A stretch of DNA of 63,032 bases, filler included, from Stramenopiles sp. TOSAG23-6 (GCA_900128565.1; 12 parts of 12 records of this genome joined end to end with filler, not necessarily neighbours in it), one strand, 5' to 3'. Positions 46,252 to 59,463 are shown, counted from the first letter of the whole stretch. Program-made: numbers and translations. Notes: generated from the sequence alone by a model not told the origin.

Positions 46252-48436
46252 ATGGCAAAAAAACGTCCACTTTGGTTACGTAACCCATTTGTGCGATGTA
46301 TGCTTCGCATTTCGATTTTCATTGGTGTAGCAGTTTCTTTAGCTACCGTTTTTTACGAAATACATGTATTACACAACAAGAATTCAACAAACTATTCCTC
46401 AAAATGGAGTCTAAAACAAGAAGTTATTGATATTAAAGGGTCTCTGAATATTCGTCTGGCATCCATCTCGAGTTCCGCTCTTGATGGTCGACTACTTGAA
46501 ACACTTAAATCTTTATTTGAGACTGCTGGTTATGGCATAGTTAAATCGAGTACATCCAATAAAGACGGAAAGCATTTTTTTATAACTATGCAAGCTCTTT
46601 GTAATCCATATATAAATGAAAGTTTTGAAATGTCGAAGGAAAATGAAAGCTATAATGGTTTATTCCTCTTATGGTCGAGTCCTTTGCAGCATGCGGAGCT
46701 GAATATGTTCACATCACCAAAGACGAGTTTTAATGATTGGATTTCCAATTCAAGTCATTCGTGGAAAAACATCCTATATAGTTTATTTTTTTCTCGAAGA
46801 ATGCAATCTGGTTTAGAAACTTCTTTACCTTCTTTTTTTGAGCAAAATATTTTGAGAGAAAAATTGAAATTTTTCAAGGCATTTTCTATAGAAGACTTTA
46901 TTCATGCATCAGATAAGACTATGAATACGATATTAGATGAAGCAATTACATTACGTCAGTTGTGGTCTATGACTACCACACATTGTCCTAACCCTCATAA
47001 TATGTACAATCAATCGGAAGGAGCAAAAACAAAATGGAGGAAAACACAGAATCAGTGGGGAAAAGTCAAGATTATGATCCAGCCATTACTGCCATTAATG
47101 AACGAATTTATTCAACCAGAGAAAGATTTAGTCTCCACTCAGTCGAAATTGTTAGTTAAATATATACAGGATGGGAATGTAAGTAATATTTTAAAAATCC
47201 TAAACATAGATGAAAAACACGAAAAAAAACAGAGAAAACACAAAAAAGAGGCAATAATTAGTATACTAACAAGTAATAACGTAGGTTACATAGCAGGTGT
47301 CCTAGTGCTTGGGTCTTCATTCAGAACATTTCATTCAGATATGGCAATGATTTTACTAGTAACAAGTGACGTCACCATGTGCGTTTTCATTATATTTTTT
47401 TTACCTAATTTGTTTTTCGTAGAAATTCCAATTGTAGTAACAAAACTTCAAACCTACAAGCCTAACCTTTTTTTTTACTCAAAAAATATTTTTTCACAAT
47501 ATAAAACTCCGTTACAACAACTTGCTTTGGAAAACGTTGGTTGGTTGTTACGCAACGTAAAAAAAATAAAANAACCTTGGTGGGGTGGTAATGGTTGCAA
47601 TAGTTCATTTATGAATCATGATATAAGATGGGGCAGAATGATGAGTAAGTTGCATTCTTGGAATATAGTAGAATTTGACAGATTACTATATGTTGACGCA
47701 GATGTTGTATTCACCGGCCATTCTGGAATATTATTTCAGTATCCCCGTAAGCAATTAATATACATAACAAATGTTAAACAAAAAACGTATATTGCAGGGA
47801 TAACTGGGTTTGAAAAACCACGTAAAGGTTTGCATCATTTGAACGCTGGTATGTACGTTACTCTAGGGTTAGGGTTCATTTTCATTTTTTTTCTTTTTAT
47901 AGAAAATTTTGAACCTAATAATTTTTTTTTTCGTAAAAAAAAATATTTTTTCACAAAACATTATTCTATTGGAGCCTAATCAAAAAACATTTAATAATTT
48001 GATGAAATTGAGATTAGATATCCGGCCAGAAATATTTCATAATGAAATTGACTGTACTGAGCAAGCATTACTTAATAAATACTTTTATAGACCTGATATG
48101 ACAGTTACTAGTTATCCTATAGATCCAGGTTGCCCTGCAGTATTATTACCCGATGCTGGTCGAGTGAGTGATTTATACAACTGGTACGAAAGTTCGTATG
48201 AAAAACAATTAAATCCCACAAACGAAAGCAATTCAACACATATAAAACTGCCAGTAGTAATGCATTGGGTAAACTGTAATAAACCTTGGGGAGATATAGT
48301 AAATATAGAAGCAAATCAAAGAATGAAATATGAATGTGACACACAGATGAATAATTATTGGCAGCGGATATTTAGAAGACTGCGTTTAGATGATAATTTG
48401 TTTTCGCTTACATATCATCAGATATCTCTTGAATAA
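46252..48436 (+). CDS. Type II membrane GT8 (glycogenin-like) glycosyltransferase; introns 47379-47504 and 47853-47961
   Basis: YIAGVLVLGSS, MSKLHSWNIVEFDRLLYVDAD (DxD), LNAGI|ILLEPN, TEQALLN. Confidence 0.85.
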
Positions 48437-49113
48437 TCGAGTATCATCAAGGCACGTCCTGGAAAAGTAGCCGGTTTCAGGGTTGTAAAGTAAAGTACCG
48501 TATTTCGTGATAAAGTACTTGACTACGAAGTCTAGTACTTGAGTTGCCAACTTTATTAGTATAGTTTGTAGTTCAGTACTTGAGTTGCCAACTTAAGTAG
48601 TATACTATTCATATATAGTAATGTATTTTGGATGTAATATACTACACTTCATACTACACTGTTGGACATCAGATTAAAATACTTTACATAATAAAATAAG
48701 TACTGTATATGACAGTAGTAAAATACTCTACTATTAACACAAGTACTGAACTTTGCACATATCTATTTATTTTCAATACTACAATACAATACCTGGAATG
48801 TAGAATAATCTCACTATTCGGTTAATTCACGATACTTTTTAGAAAATCCAGTGTGTTTGACTTTGACTAGTGTACCACTATCATATAGCAATATGCATGT
48901 GTTGCTGAAGAAGGGTAGAATGCACATTAATGAATACCAACAATNNNNNNNNNNNNNNNNNNNNNNNNNNNNNNNNNNNNNNNNNNNNTTAATTAATTAA
49001 NNNNNNNNNNNNNNNNNNNNNNNNNNNNNNNNNNNNNNNNNNNNTATAATTTTTTTTCGTACGAAATTTTGTACCTAATGAAAAGACAACTTAAATATTT
49101 TTTTATAATACAT

Positions 49114-49527
49114 GTACGACGTGGATTACGCTGGGCAATACTTTGGGCTTTAGTTTGCGCCATCTTGGCTTTTTGGGATCCTTTTAGGGTCGCAACTTTA
49201 ATGACTAATGAAAAGATAATTTCTCCTTATGCTACTCTCGGGATTCCAGAGTTATCATCATCAAGGGATACTGTAAACGTTGCAATTTCTGAAAAAAGAC
49301 TCGCCAATTCAACAGACGGTGACGTCTCTGAAGATAATGAAACAGCAGCTGTTGTCTTTCAAGACGAAAATGTTTCTAAGGCTGTTGCTCTTCTTTCACA
49401 CAAAGAATCAAAACAAAAATACGACTCCGATATAAGAACTAGTGCGTTAAAGTTTGTTGTTGGGGGTGCGTTATCTGGATTTATTGTTGGTATGAGTCTT
49501 GCTGTGTGTGTGGGAGAGTCTTTATAA
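49114..49527 (+). CDS. Membrane protein with a J-domain-like segment, 3' part
   Basis: SPYATLGI ... AVALLSHKESKQKYD flanked by TM helices; no HPD motif. Confidence 0.5.
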   Translation, partial: VRRGLRWAILWALVCAILAFWDPFRVATLMTNEKIISPYATLGIPELSSSRDTVNVAISEKRLANSTDGDVSEDNETAAVVFQDENVSKAVALLSHKESKQKYDSDIRTSALKFVVGGALSGFIVGMSLAVCVGESL

Positions 49528-49579
49528 ATTTGCTAATATGAAATATAAATATTACAACTGCTCATTTTCTTTTATTTAT

Positions 49580-52196
49580 CTAATTTTTTTTTTCAAAGTA
49601 TTTTTGATGAACTGGTTGAATCAAACAATTACACACAAATGCGAGTGAAATAAATCCAACAGATGAATACATTGTCGTATTGTAAAGTGTTCCTGTCGGG
49701 TCAAGTGTTCCTTCAGGCACAATTTCCATTAGTCTTGATATTGTAACTGTATTTGTATCACATAAAATATCAAATTCTTCACCACCAAAACGCACTTCAG
49801 GTGATACTCCAAATGATGTCGAAAACAGCGTAGGGTCGGAAATTTTAGCTAAGTTATGAAGAGCCGAGATTTTTGCTTCTTTGTGCAAAAAAGTCAATAA
49901 TAAAGGTGAAGAAAATGATGCAGCCGCACCTGCAGCTAACAATGTGTATAATATGCAAATTATAAAACAAATAAATAAACGGGAAGTTGTATAAAATATT
50001 GTAGTATTGATTGTATACTATATATAGATAATACCATCACCCTGCCATGTATTGAAGCTAAATATTTTGTACCAAAGAGATCAGCCAAGTATGCCGGAAG
50101 TATTCCATAACACCCACCGTAGAATGAAACGATCAAACTTGTTCCTGCTGTAAATGACCCGATCAACATCCACTGGGAGAGATTCGTATTTGACATTGAT
50201 GCATATAATGTAATTGAAGGCAAAACCATGTATTGTGAAAAATATATAAATATATATATTTTTTTAGTAAAAAACATTTTGTACAATTTACGTTTTACGA
50301 AAAAAAAAAAAAATATTTTAAAATAATAATAATAATTGATGAAAACATACAAACAAATAGGAACACCAAAACCAAATAATAATGATGTATTTTTACGACC
50401 GAAAATATCTGAAGTGAGTGGCCATCCAATGCGACCAAATAAATTTGCAATACCCAAGGCTGCTACATAGGATGCAGAAAACTGTGAATCAACAATGTCA
50501 GGCATATGTGTTCCAAAGATGTATTTTGGAAAAATATTTCAAAAAAAAAAAAAACTAAAATTTGTTAGGTACAGAATTTCGTACGAAAAATAAATTCAAA
50601 ATTGAAAAAAAAAAATAAAACATACATATCCGTCATTATATTCTTCGCGGCAGAAAGAAGGCCTACACCTGCCATACACTGGGCATAAAGACCCACAAGA
50701 AAAAGGTAAAATTGTGGTGTCCGTTGACTATTTGCTAATGTGACATCATTTTCTACTTCATTTTGTTTTGTATTTTTTATATTTTTTGTATTTTTTGTTT
50801 CTATATTTTTTATATTTTTTGTATTTTGATAGAGATTTGTACTAATAATCCCAACTTTCTCTGGTGTCCAACCCTCCTTGGGTATTCGAATCGTCAATGC
50901 ACCCATAGTAATAGCTAGAGTATATGTATTGTGAAAATAGTTTAAAACATTTCAAATTCGTTAGGTACACAATTTCGTACGAAAAACAAATTTATGTAAA
51001 ATATTCAACTTTGAAGACATACATATACCTGATAACGTTAAGAGCGTCATAGCTACACCTGAATTCCCGGTACCAACAGCATATACACCCGCATCTGCTG
51101 AAAACGGTAACATCGCAACGTCATTTGCCGTAGCAACGACAACTTCGACAAATTTGTTTGTTTCACCTGAAACATCATTCAGAAATAATTTTCCATCAAT
51201 AGTAACTATTTTTTCTCCTACTGTATGAAGATCACCAAAATATTCAGGAATCTTTGAGAATCTTTTTAGTAATGTATTTTGGGAAAATATTTTCATTTTT
51301 TTTTGTTAGATACAAAATTTCGTACGAAAAATAAATGAATTTAAAATTGATCCTGAAAACATACATGTTTCATAGAGAGGGGCTCCTAAAATAGCACCAA
51401 AGGCAAAACCGCTAACACTCACTGTAGAAACACGAAATATTAGTCGTTGTGAAAGTATAAGTGAAAACATTTTCAAATCATTCGAAAAAGAAATATTGAA
51501 GTAGAAAGAAATATCTAATCATTCGAAAAAGAAATATTGAAGTAGAAAGAAATATCTAATACCACCTGCAGCCATTCCTCGTTTATCGGGAAACCAGCGA
51601 ACTAAGCAAGCAATAGGTGCCAGGTATCCGAATGCTAAGCCCATTCCACCAAGTGCACCATAACCCAAATATAGTAAAGAAAGTTGATGACACATAACCC
51701 CAATACCACTGACAAAGAAGCCACCTCCCCAGAGTGAAGCTGATAGAAGTCCAATAGTTCGAGGACCATATTTATCGATTAAAGTACCAATGAATGGTAC
51801 TGTTATCGCCATAAATGCCGCAGTAGTTGAAAATATAGGCATGACAGAAGATAAATCCCAGTCTGAAGCAGAAGATACTACAACACCAAGCTCTTTCGTT
51901 AATGGGGAGTTAAAAAGAGACCACGCATAAAACCCACCACAGCTACCACCAATGGCAAGAGAACCGGGAACAGATAACCATCGATTATATCCATCTTTAG
52001 CAATGATATTTTCCTTTGATATTATACTTAAAAGATAACCTTTCCTTCCCGATGGAACTTGTTTTGGACTTTCAGTACCGGTAGTGTTGCTATTATGACG
52101 AGGTAAACATAATGTAACCGAAGGCTTTGCATTACACCGTTGAAATAACTGTGTTGCAGTGGCCCTATTGTTGTTTAACAAAATTCGAGCAAGCAT
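49580..52196 (-). CDS. MFS transporter, oxalate:formate antiporter (OFA)-like; 6 introns
   Basis: YAWSLFNSPL, DKYGPR, WFPDKRGMAAG, LPAYLADLFG, IHGR. Confidence 0.9.
51422..51562 (-). other. Conventional GT-AG intron unrelated to the repeat family, with a 41-nt internal duplication
   Basis: GTATTAG...CTACAG; splicing gives RGMAAGVSVSGFAFGA. Confidence 0.75.
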
Positions 52197-52556
52197 TCTG
52201 ATGCTATCGCAGTACTACTTATATTAAGCATTAGACTATGAAATTTTGTAGGATTAATATCAGTCAAGTGTGAATATAACTTTCAACTTGTTTACAAGTT
52301 GTTGTCGTTGTACTTCATTTTGATAGAAAAAAATAAAAATGAACGGTCAAGTCCGGTCAAGTCATGTTCAACAACAACAAGGCGAAGGAGTACAGTGTAC
52401 ACAAAGTATTCGTGTTGAGTTGAGACTAGAGAGAGCCTCCTGTTTGATTTGTATGCAAAACTCTCACCTAATTTAGCGTTTCCCTTATTTCATTCACGAC
52501 TTTGTGACTTTAGTCAGTTCACTTGTACCATATAATTTAGCTCTTCGATACAGAAT

Positions 52557-55181
52557 ATGGCAGTGAGATATAAAAGTGATTCTTCACTATTATTTCTATA
52601 TGGAAGTCAGCATGGCTGCGCTATGTCTATTGCTGAAGCTTTGCACGCTGAAGCATTGGATTCGACTAAATTTAGTGAATGTATTATTCACCCGGGAAAT
52701 TATTTTGCTGATAAAATAGATGAGTTGATCAAATATAGTGTAATTATATTTGTTGTGTCTACCACTGGAAACGGTGAAGTTCCGGATAATTGTTCCAAAT
52801 TGTGGAGGAAACTCCGCCGCCGAACCCAACCAAAGGATCTCTTACAGGGTGTTTCATATGGCGTACTTGCTTTAGGTGATACAAACTATGATCAGTTCTG
52901 TCGTGCTGGTAAAAATTTTGATTCTAGGCTCAGTGCCTTGGGTGCTCAGCGTTTGTGTCCAATTGGCTGTGCTGATGACGGTACAGGGCTCGAACAAGTG
53001 GTTGAACCTTGGAAAGCTACACTTTGGCCAACGTTATCAAAATATTTCTCAAGCAAATGTGATATTCTATCAACAGAGATGTGTCACAATGTATCGTTAT
53101 CTTCTTCTTTGGAGAAACATGCAGTTGGTAGTAAAGCGCTAACTTTAGACACTGGGGAAAACATGAGTGAAAGTAGCCCTAACCCTAATGCAACAACCTT
53201 TAACGGTACATATAGTAATAGTCTAAATATCGGGATGATTTGTCCAGATCTTATTGATCATAAATTCATAAAATCTCGGTTGAAAAAATGCAAACGATTA
53301 CCTAGAAACCGGAAAATTTCAATGCGNATTGAATATGACAATGGTTGCACTACCACAATAGAACCGTCCACTACAAAACAAAACGTTCCTACCCCTAACC
53401 CTATCATTCCTCCTCAATATTATGAAGCACCAATTGTTTCTGCAGAGTATTTAAATGCAGGTGGATCTACCTCATCTAGAAGAGTTATTAAAATTACTGT
53501 TGATTTAAAATCTTCAAATATAAACTGGGTCCCTGGTGATTCTTTTGGCATCATTCCCACAAATTCATATCAAGTGGTACATAAACTCTTGAACAGGTTA
53601 GTTGTTCATATAAAAAACATAAAAAATACAAAAAACATAAAAAATACAAATAATAGTAAAGATGATTTTGAATGTGCTTTGAAAGTGGCTGACGTCCCCT
53701 GTGTAATTACTGATGGACCTGTACACTTGCAGTTAGGGTTAGGGTTAGGATGTACTTCTGGGAGAAAGTTTAAAACTCTAAGGACAATTTTATCATCATG
53801 TTGCGATCTCAGAACAATTTGGAGAAAATCTTTTCTTAGAGATTTATCAACATTTTGTACAAATAAGCTAGAACGAGATCAACTCATTTTACTTTGCTCA
53901 CATGATGAAATTGGGGTAAAGATGTATAATAATCTGTTAGTCGCTCAACGTGTGAATATTTTGGAATTATTGGAGTTATTTCCTTCTTGTACGCCTACTG
54001 TGGATGTAATTTTGAGTCATTTAACTGAATTACTTCCTCGGTATTATTCGGCTGCTTCATCGCCGATGACATCACAATTAAAGACATTTGCATTTACAGT
54101 GGTCGAAAATAAATGTCCCAAGACTGATACAATGTCTAACAATAATAGTAATGAGATAAATCAATGTCCCAAGACTGATACAATGTCTAACAATAATAGT
54201 AATGAGATAACTCAAACGAATAGTGAAAATGTTCGCATCGTTCCAGGTTTGTGCTCATCTTGGTTAGAGAGTATTAGTTTAGATAAACTAACCATTAATA
54301 ATGAAGAAATAAATACTAAACAAAAGTCTAATACCGTAAAAATACCATTAATACACAGACCTTCGAAAGAATTCACACTACCAGGCAGTACAAAATGGCC
54401 CATTATTATGATAGGTGCAGGAACCGGTGTGGCACCATTTAGAGCTTTCATTGAGCATAGAGTGAATAAGCGGAATGTATTGATGGCACGTGAGTGTACT
54501 TCGCCAACAACGAATGGGTATTGGCGAAGTGGTTATGAATGTAAAGGAATGCGAGATGATATGATTGATTCCTCAGTAGTATCGAATTATAATACATCGG
54601 TACAACAGGTGAATGAATCCACTATTTCGAGGAGTTCTGAAGAAATACGTCCAGACACAAATAAGAATTCGGTTGATCCCATAGCTTCATTTGCATCAGC
54701 AGCAGCAAAAGCAGCAATAGATTCTCGTCAAGCTGTCAATGATTCATCCCAAAGTATAAAAAACACAAAATCTGTGAATACATGTAAGAAAAAAATTGGT
54801 TCTACCTTATTTGGTCCAGTGCTTGCATATTTTGGTTTTCGAAATCGTTCAAATGACTTTTTATTTAATGAAGATCTATTATATTGGGAAAAAACAAATG
54901 ATATCGATTCGCTTCAAGTTGCATTTTCAAGAGATCAAAAAGAGAAACATTATGTAACACATTTGATCGCACAAGAAAAAGAAAGAAGAAAATTATGTAA
55001 TCTACTACGTAATGAAGGTGCATATTTGTATGTCTGTGGTGCTGTCAAAATGGCAACTGATGTTCATACGCAATTATTAGACATTTTTGTAAAATTTGGG
55101 AAACTCAGTGAAACTCAGGCGGAAAAGGAATTAAAAGAGTTGATAACACGGGGTCGTTATGTCCGTGAAATATGGCATTAA
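52557..55181 (+). CDS. MTRR: Diflavin reductase, most similar to methionine synthase reductase
   Basis: LYGSQHG, STTGNGEVP, ALGDTNY, ADDGTGLE, PRYYSAAS, GAGTGVAPF, YVCG, RYVREIW. Confidence 0.8.
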   Translation: MAVRYKSDSSLLFLYGSQHGCAMSIAEALHAEALDSTKFSECIIHPGNYFADKIDELIKYSVIIFVVSTTGNGEVPDNCSKLWRKLRRRTQPKDLLQGVSYGVLALGDTNYDQFCRAGKNFDSRLSALGAQRLCPIGCADDGTGLEQVVEPWKATLWPTLSKYFSSKCDILSTEMCHNVSLSSSLEKHAVGSKALTLDTGENMSESSPNPNATTFNGTYSNSLNIGMICPDLIDHKFIKSRLKKCKRLPRNRKISMXIEYDNGCTTTIEPSTTKQNVPTPNPIIPPQYYEAPIVSAEYLNAGGSTSSRRVIKITVDLKSSNINWVPGDSFGIIPTNSYQVVHKLLNRLVVHIKNIKNTKNIKNTNNSKDDFECALKVADVPCVITDGPVHLQLGLGLGCTSGRKFKTLRTILSSCCDLRTIWRKSFLRDLSTFCTNKLERDQLILLCSHDEIGVKMYNNLLVAQRVNILELLELFPSCTPTVDVILSHLTELLPRYYSAASSPMTSQLKTFAFTVVENKCPKTDTMSNNNSNEINQCPKTDTMSNNNSNEITQTNSENVRIVPGLCSSWLESISLDKLTINNEEINTKQKSNTVKIPLIHRPSKEFTLPGSTKWPIIMIGAGTGVAPFRAFIEHRVNKRNVLMARECTSPTTNGYWRSGYECKGMRDDMIDSSVVSNYNTSVQQVNESTISRSSEEIRPDTNKNSVDPIASFASAAAKAAIDSRQAVNDSSQSIKNTKSVNTCKKKIGSTLFGPVLAYFGFRNRSNDFLFNEDLLYWEKTNDIDSLQVAFSRDQKEKHYVTHLIAQEKERRKLCNLLRNEGAYLYVCGAVKMATDVHTQLLDIFVKFGKLSETQAEKELKELITRGRYVREIWH

Positions 55182-55239
55182 AATATTTCATTAAAATATT
55201 TATTATCTGCAAAAATCTACTTTTATAAATTCCATCAAA

Positions 55240-57082
55240 TTATTTTTGTTTATCTTCCAAAGGATCTCCAAATGGCTCCCACTGAAATCTACTAGGAAAA
55301 TACTTTCTTTCAATTTCATCATGTAATGGCTTCTTAATCTCATTTGGATCACTTTCTTCACCGCTACTTTCACCGCTACTTTCATCACTACTTTCATCGG
55401 ATAATACTCTACGATGGTATAAAAAAGAATGATCTGGTATTCCATATAATCCACCATATTTTGCATTCAATAGTCGACGTCTTCGATCCTGTTTTGCTTT
55501 TTTACGATGCCGTTTCGCTTCGCTTTCAGCAAGGATTACAGTTTCTCCATAATCATATTGTCTTCTTGATGATTCATCACCGAGTATTTTATATGCATTT
55601 GCAACTTGTTGAAATGCAACAGTAGATCCTCCCTGTTTATCAGGATGCACAGAGCGACTGGCTTTTCTATCTGTATTGTGTGAAAAAATACAAAAACAAA
55701 AATGATTGTTTTGTTAGGTATACAAAAATACAAAAATAAAAATAAAATGATGTTTTTGTTTCGTATACAAAATGTAGTAGGAAAACATTAATATACTTGA
55801 AATGTATGATGAAAACAAACATGTATTTTGGAAAAATATTTCAAAAAAAAAAACTAAAAATCGTTAGGNNNNNNNNNNNNNNNNNNNNNNNNNNNNNNNN
55901 NNNNNNNNNNNNNNNNNNNNNNNNNNNNNNNNNNNNNNNNNNNNNNNNNNNNNNNNNNNNNNNGTCCTTTGTAAAGTCCAACGATACGCCAAGAACAATG
56001 TATAAATTGATAGATTTCCATCTTTTTTCATTTTTTTCATTTTCTTCACTATTCTGGGATATATTCTTCTCAAAGACATGTTCTACAGAATTTTTACCAT
56101 CCTCATCAACATTAGTTTCATCATCTACATTTTCTTGAACATCAATATTTTTTTCATTTTCTTGGGCATCAATATTTATTTTCTCATCTTCTTGAACATC
56201 AACAAAACTGTCAATGTCATCGAAATTGTCAATTGCTCCAACTTTTTGATTATTTTCTGGAGGTATACCCTGACATTTGTTTTTGTTATTGAGGTTTAAC
56301 ATTTTTTCTTCGTCTTTATCACATAAAATTTTCATTTTCTTTTTCCAAGTAGACGTCAAAATCCATAATTTTTCGCGTCGAAAGTGAGCATGTGCCCTAA
56401 ACAATAAAGAATCAATTCCCTCAGAATGTCTATTCAGTCGAAGGACTCGTTCAAATGAAAGTATTGCTTCTTCATAATGATTATCACCCAAATCCATATA
56501 CACCTTTCCGAGTTCTAAATGAGCATCTTTATAGCAAGGAAAATGTCTTAATATTACCATTAATGTTTGTCTACTCTTTTCAAGTTCTCTACTTTTTCGT
56601 TGACATTTTGCTAATTGCAATTGATAATAAGCAAGTTTCCACTTGGATATACGGATTGCATGTATTTTGGAAAAATATTTCAAAAAAAAATCTAAAAAAA
56701 AATGTTAGGTACAAAATTTCGTACGAAAAAAAAATTGTAGACTAAAAATTGAAAAAAAATTAAAACATACATATTCGTCTCTCCATGAATCAAGCCATGA
56801 TGATGATCCTTTTTTTTGTAGAGAAAGAATAATTTCTTGGTACATGGCAGAGGCTTTCAACCAGGAACACGAATTCTGTGCAGTTTTGGCCTCCTCCACT
56901 TTGGGTGAAAGTGAAACCTCGTCTTCCACCAAAGATTCTTGCGGTGGTGTTTTTTCTTCATTGTGACAATCAAAACTACCTTTTATTTCAGCCAATCCAT
57001 GAGACATGTTTGCAGCACGACATTCATCAACAACATTAACAATATCACAATTATAAAACAAATGAATAAACATCAATGATAT
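55240..57082 (-). CDS. TPR + DnaJ-domain protein (5' truncated); introns 56660-56770, 55821-gap, 55671-55820
   Basis: TPR (AHLELGKVY...EEAILSFERVL) and J-domain NLYIVLGV...RKASRSVHPDKQGG...AYKIL. Confidence 0.85.
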
Positions 57083-57238
57083 NNNNNNNNNNNNNNNNNN
57101 NNNNNNNNNNNNNNNNNNNNNNNNNNTTAATTAATTAANNNNNNNNNNNNNNNNNNNNNNNNNNNNNNNNNNNNNNNNNNNNATTTTGTACCTAACAAAT
57201 TTAAGTTTTTTTTTTTGAAATATTTTTCCAAAATACAT

Positions 57239-58149
57239 GATGGTCAGAAGAATAGTTTTATATCAAGAGCTTTTGAAGGTAAATATGATTCAAGTGTAGC
57301 AATAGAGTTTACACCAAAAAATGTACAATTTGCATTTTTACGTTTTATAGTAACTCAAATTATGGATTTTGAATCATTTGTGACGGTAAGAAAAGATATG
57401 AAAAGTGGAAATGTTCCTTTTTTAAATGAAGAAGCGTTTTTAGATACAGTTCCAGATGATAGTAAAGTTTTTGTACAAAATATGATATGTACACAAATGT
57501 TTGAATCATTTCTTCGGGATCATGCGGCCGGTTCAGTAGAAGCAAAATTCTTTTCAGAATCAATATTAGCAAAACGAAATCGATCCGTGACTGTACGAAA
57601 AAAATATAAGACACCGTTTTTAAATGATACTTCACTTTTGATTCAAGAAACATTTGTTACTCCAGGAGTTAATCCACGAGGCCTTGACAAAAATGTATTT
57701 ACATATCCAGATATGGTACGACATCAACGATTTCCATCACTTGATTCTTCATGTACATTTTCAAAATTAAATTAAAGTTTTTTTTTTTTTTTTCATACGA
57801 AATTTTGTACCTAAGCAAAAAAAAATTAGAAAAAAAAAAAATATTTTTTCACAACACATTATTTGGTGATCCACGACCTGCCAAATGGTTAATTAAAAAT
57901 CCTGAGATTTCACGAACTTCAAACAGAGGTGTATTTGATTTTCTTGATGCACAAAATGCAGCACTTGCACTCGAAGGGGCTAACCCTAACCCTAACCCTA
58001 CTCAAAAAAGTTCACTATCACCATCAAAATTAATTATGTCAAATGACGAGGGGCTGATGAGTAATATAAAATCTTCAGATGTGTTGCTACAACTAGATGC
58101 TGAGAAATTTACAAGATTTCTAAAACATGTTGTACTTGTTCAATCTCGT
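57239..58149 (+). CDS. DENN-domain (Rab GEF) protein fragment; intron 57753-57859
   Basis: FLNEEAFL, TQMFESFL, FFSESILAKRNR, FPSLDSS|LFGDPRP. Confidence 0.75.
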
Positions 58150-58214
58150 GTAGGTTTTTTTTTTTTAATTTTTTTTTTCGTAGTAAATTTTGTACCTAAA
58201 CAAAAAAACAAAAC

Positions 58215-58252
<38 letters not shown>

Positions 58253-58373
58253 AAAAAAAAAAAAAAAAAATTTNNNNNNNNNNNNNNNNNNNNNNNNNNN
58301 NNNNNNNNNNNNNNNNNTTAATTAATTAANNNNNNNNNNNNNNNNNNNNNNNNNNNNNNNNNNNNNNNNNNNN

Positions 58374-59390
58374 CCTTTAAAGGTGTAGTGTTTATTCTAC
58401 AATGTCAACAATATATCAATAGAATCTAAGGAATCTAAAGATTTTAAGGAATCAAATAATAATTTGAAAGAGTCTAGTGTTTCTGTGATACTAACAGACA
58501 ATTTGAACGAAACAAATAATAATTTGAACGAAACAAATGTAAAACAACACCCATATAAAAGACGACATATTCGTGTCAATAGAAAGAAAAGAAGCTTAGC
58601 TTTAGTAAAAGGACGATCAGTATTAAATAGAGTAATTACTTCTTCAACTGCAAAGAACGCATGGGATAAATCTACTGCTGCGTTACTTAACCTTAAAGAC
58701 ATCAATGCCTCCGAAATACTACATGAGGTTTCAAAAACTGTGGTTGATGAAACTGATGAATTGTTTTCAGAACTGCAATTATTAATGAAGAAAATGTCAC
58801 CTGAAATTCTTCTTCGTTTTCAAGCTGCTGCTGCCATTGAACACCATTTATTAAATGAGGACAATGAAAAACGCATAAAAAATGTTTTTTTTGAGGGAAA
58901 ATCGTATTTTGAACATACAATGAATTTCACTGAAAAATATTTGCATGAAGAATATACTCAGTATCATGAAAAATATAAACAATATAAGAGTACAAATGAA
59001 AAAGACTTGAAAGAAAACCAAAAACAAAATAGATATAACAAACCGAATGTATGTTTTATTTTTTTTTGTATGATTTTTTTTTTCGTACGAAATTTTGTAC
59101 CTAACAAAAAATTTTAGATTTTTTCAAATATTTTTCCAAAATACATCGACGTAGTAATCAAGAAGGTAAGCATGAACATTCAAAAGATTCAAATAGTTTG
59201 AATGATTTCAATACAATAGAAAATAAAAACCAAGAAAATATTACAAATGTAGAAGAAAAAACACAAAATTCAACGCACTCAAAATACGACGTAAATAATG
59301 ATGGTCTAATTAACATTGATGATATTTTATATACAATGGGTGAAGAACTACCAGACACTTTAAATCAATATTTAGACCGTGATGATGATG
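58374..59390 (+). CDS. EF-hand-containing protein fragment; intron 59049-59146
   Basis: YDVNNDGLINIDD and LDRDDDG. Confidence 0.65.
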
Positions 59391-59406
59391 GTATTTTTAT
59401 AATTTT

Positions 59407-59463
<57 letters not shown>

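Noticed and set aside
48450-48944. AGTACT-rich region with a duplicated agtacttgagttgccaactt
   Set aside because: Only two copies, with no ORF or defined termini; too little to call an element.
49940-50044. Last MFS intron with unclear acceptor
   Set aside because: Not a family member, and several non-AG in-frame ends are possible, so it was left out of the counts.
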